A stretch of 64,000 nucleotides of DNA. Source: Cyanophora paradoxa CCMP329. Taxonomy: Eukaryota; Plantae; Glaucophyta. The notes under the pieces are model-generated. The model worked only from the letters and a program-made list of their open reading frames with translations. It did no database searches and was not told the DNA's origin. The stretch spans positions 188,800-252,799 of the forward strand of contig QPMI01000093.1 in NCBI GenBank assembly GCA_004431415.1, read 5' to 3'. The first letter of the stretch is position 1. Each line of letters opens with the position of its first letter. Shown here piece after piece: positions 62,772-64,000 of this stretch. Position numbers and translations under genes: made by a program.

Positions 62772-63937
62772 TTAGCGTCCGCCGCTGCCGCTGCCGCTGC
62801 CGCTGCCGCCGCCGCTGCCGCTGCCGCCGCCGCTGCCGCCGCCGCCGAGGAGGGCGTTTGCCGCTTGCTCGTACATTGCCGCCTTGCGCGCGCTGGTCTC
62901 GCGGAGGAGGGTGGCCTGCGCGGTCTCGGTGCCCTTCACGAGAGCCTGGAAGGCGGTTTGAATCGTGGTCTGGCTGCGCTCACCGGTGCCTGCCATTCCG
63001 GCGACGGTTCCCAGGCCCCGCAGCCCCGCAATCGAGCCTAACGTTGCGGTATCCGCATAGGGTCGGCTTCCTACGGCCGGATTCACGACGGCCGGCAGCA
63101 GGTTCTGGTCCGCGTACGGCGTCGCCGTCGCCAGCGCGGGCCCGCGCGTGCCGACCTGATCCATGAGCATCGCCCCGAACGGGTTGCCCCGGCTGAAGTC
63201 CACGTCGTTGCGCCCGTAGGGCTTGTTGACGGCGCTGCTGATGTTGGCCGTCTGCGCGTTGAACATGGGCGAGAGGTCGGGGGTGTAGCCCGCGCGCAGC
63301 CCTGGGGTTCTCCGTCGTCTGCCCGTAGCGGCCGGCCGGCCCGAGCAGGTTCTCCTTCTCGATCTCTTCCATCGTCTTGATCCAGCCGCGCTCGCGCGCC
63401 CACTTCATGACGAGATCATCGTAGTTCATCGGGAAGAAAACCTTCTGGTACTTGTCGAAGCGCTGAATTTCGATATCCTGCTCGATCATGTTTGTAATTC
63501 GCTCCAGCAGCTCGGGGTAATATTCCTCGAGCATTTTGGCGACGCCCGGCTGCTTCAGGTCGAAGGCCGTCATCGCCCACTGGTCGAAATCGCGAATCAT
63601 GATTTCCTTCCGCAGCACGAACGCATTCTCGACGTCCTCCTCGCTGATCTGTCGGCTGGGGTAGGTGTTCTGCAGCTGCTGTCGGATGCCCATGCGCATC
63701 AGCTTCTCCATGGAGGGCGTGTACTTCATCGCGGCAGGGTCTTCGTATTCCCCCGCTGAGCCCCAGGCCACGTGCCTGATCCTCGGCGTGTAGACGTCCG
63801 CCTTTGTCCCATCTACGACGGCACCTCGGGCATGACCGTGCCCGGAAGGAACTTGTTCACGATGCCGTCCATGTCGCCTTCAGGTCGTTCTTCAGCGACT
63901 GGCGCTGCTTCTTAGAGCCCTCCCCAATGTCCATCAT
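62772..63937 (-). CDS. Hypothetical viral-element protein (~390 aa) with a Gly/Ser tail, broken by homopolymer frameshifts
   Basis: ATG at 63937; single-base restorations join the pieces to ORF 62980-63771 (RDFDQWAMTAFDLKQPGVAKMLEEYYPELLER) and ORF 62772-63266 ending GGGGSGGGSGSGGGSGSGSGSGGR. Confidence 0.55.
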
Positions 63938-64000
63938 AGAGTGGCCCTTCGTCATCGTGCCTCGGTTAGGATCCCAGTGGGAAAATTTATTGGTTCACAT

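Larger units (their letters stand above)
44574..64000. mobile_element. Endogenous dsDNA virus (small Nucleocytoviricota-related / mriyavirus-like element), left part; continues beyond the window
   Basis: Abrupt switch to a gene-dense layout with YqaJ exonuclease, D5-type SF3 helicase, NCLDV-type SSB, NCLDV-like conserved ORFs, small TM proteins, an iteron palindrome and a shared upstream motif. The left boundary is uncertain (44574-45130). Confidence 0.8.

Noticed and set aside
62772-63937. Major capsid protein
   Set aside because: The sequence looks helical or low-complexity rather than a beta-rich jelly-roll, and no capsid motif was recognised.
45264-63937. Calling the frameshifted viral genes pseudogenes
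   Set aside because: The breaks fall in homopolymer runs, and the same error type distinguishes the two PCD copies, so sequencing error is more likely.
44574-64000. Classical Polinton/Maverick, virophage or bacterial prophage
   Set aside because: No pPolB, rve integrase, protease or phage structural genes are visible; spliceosomal introns and NCLDV-like ORFs argue against a prophage or bacterial contaminant. A PLV identity cannot be fully excluded without the capsid gene.

Overview
This is GC-rich eukaryotic (protist/algal-type) nuclear DNA with many short spliceosomal introns, including frequent GC-AG introns. The first ~44.5 kb holds host genes: BOP1/ERB1 (3' part), FRA10AC1, Hsp110, a single-polypeptide SbcD(Mre11)-SbcC(Rad50) fusion with an organelle-presequence-like N-terminus, an FkbM methyltransferase and GT77 glycosyltransferase pair bracketed by a diverged direct repeat, an FN3 protein, a tandemly duplicated pterin-4a-carbinolamine dehydratase, and a GTP cyclohydrolase I with a signal peptide. 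Several TA-flanked MITEs are also present. From ~44.6-45.1 kb to the window end is an integrated dsDNA-virus-like element resembling a small relative of Nucleocytoviricota (mriyavirus/'dwarf NCLDV'-like, by inference). It encodes a GNAT-like protein, a YqaJ/lambda exonuclease, a large D5-type SF3 helicase, an NCLDV-type ssDNA-binding protein, two NCLDV-like conserved proteins and a cluster of small membrane proteins. It also has an iteron-bearing palindrome (candidate origin) and a recurrent WTTTTCTA motif upstream of the intronless genes. Its two large divergent genes carry host-style introns. Its frameshifts fall in short G/C runs and are mostly single-base deficits, so it may be intact. No capsid, packaging ATPase or integrase gene is visible in the window. 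All family assignments come from motif recognition by eye, not from database searches.
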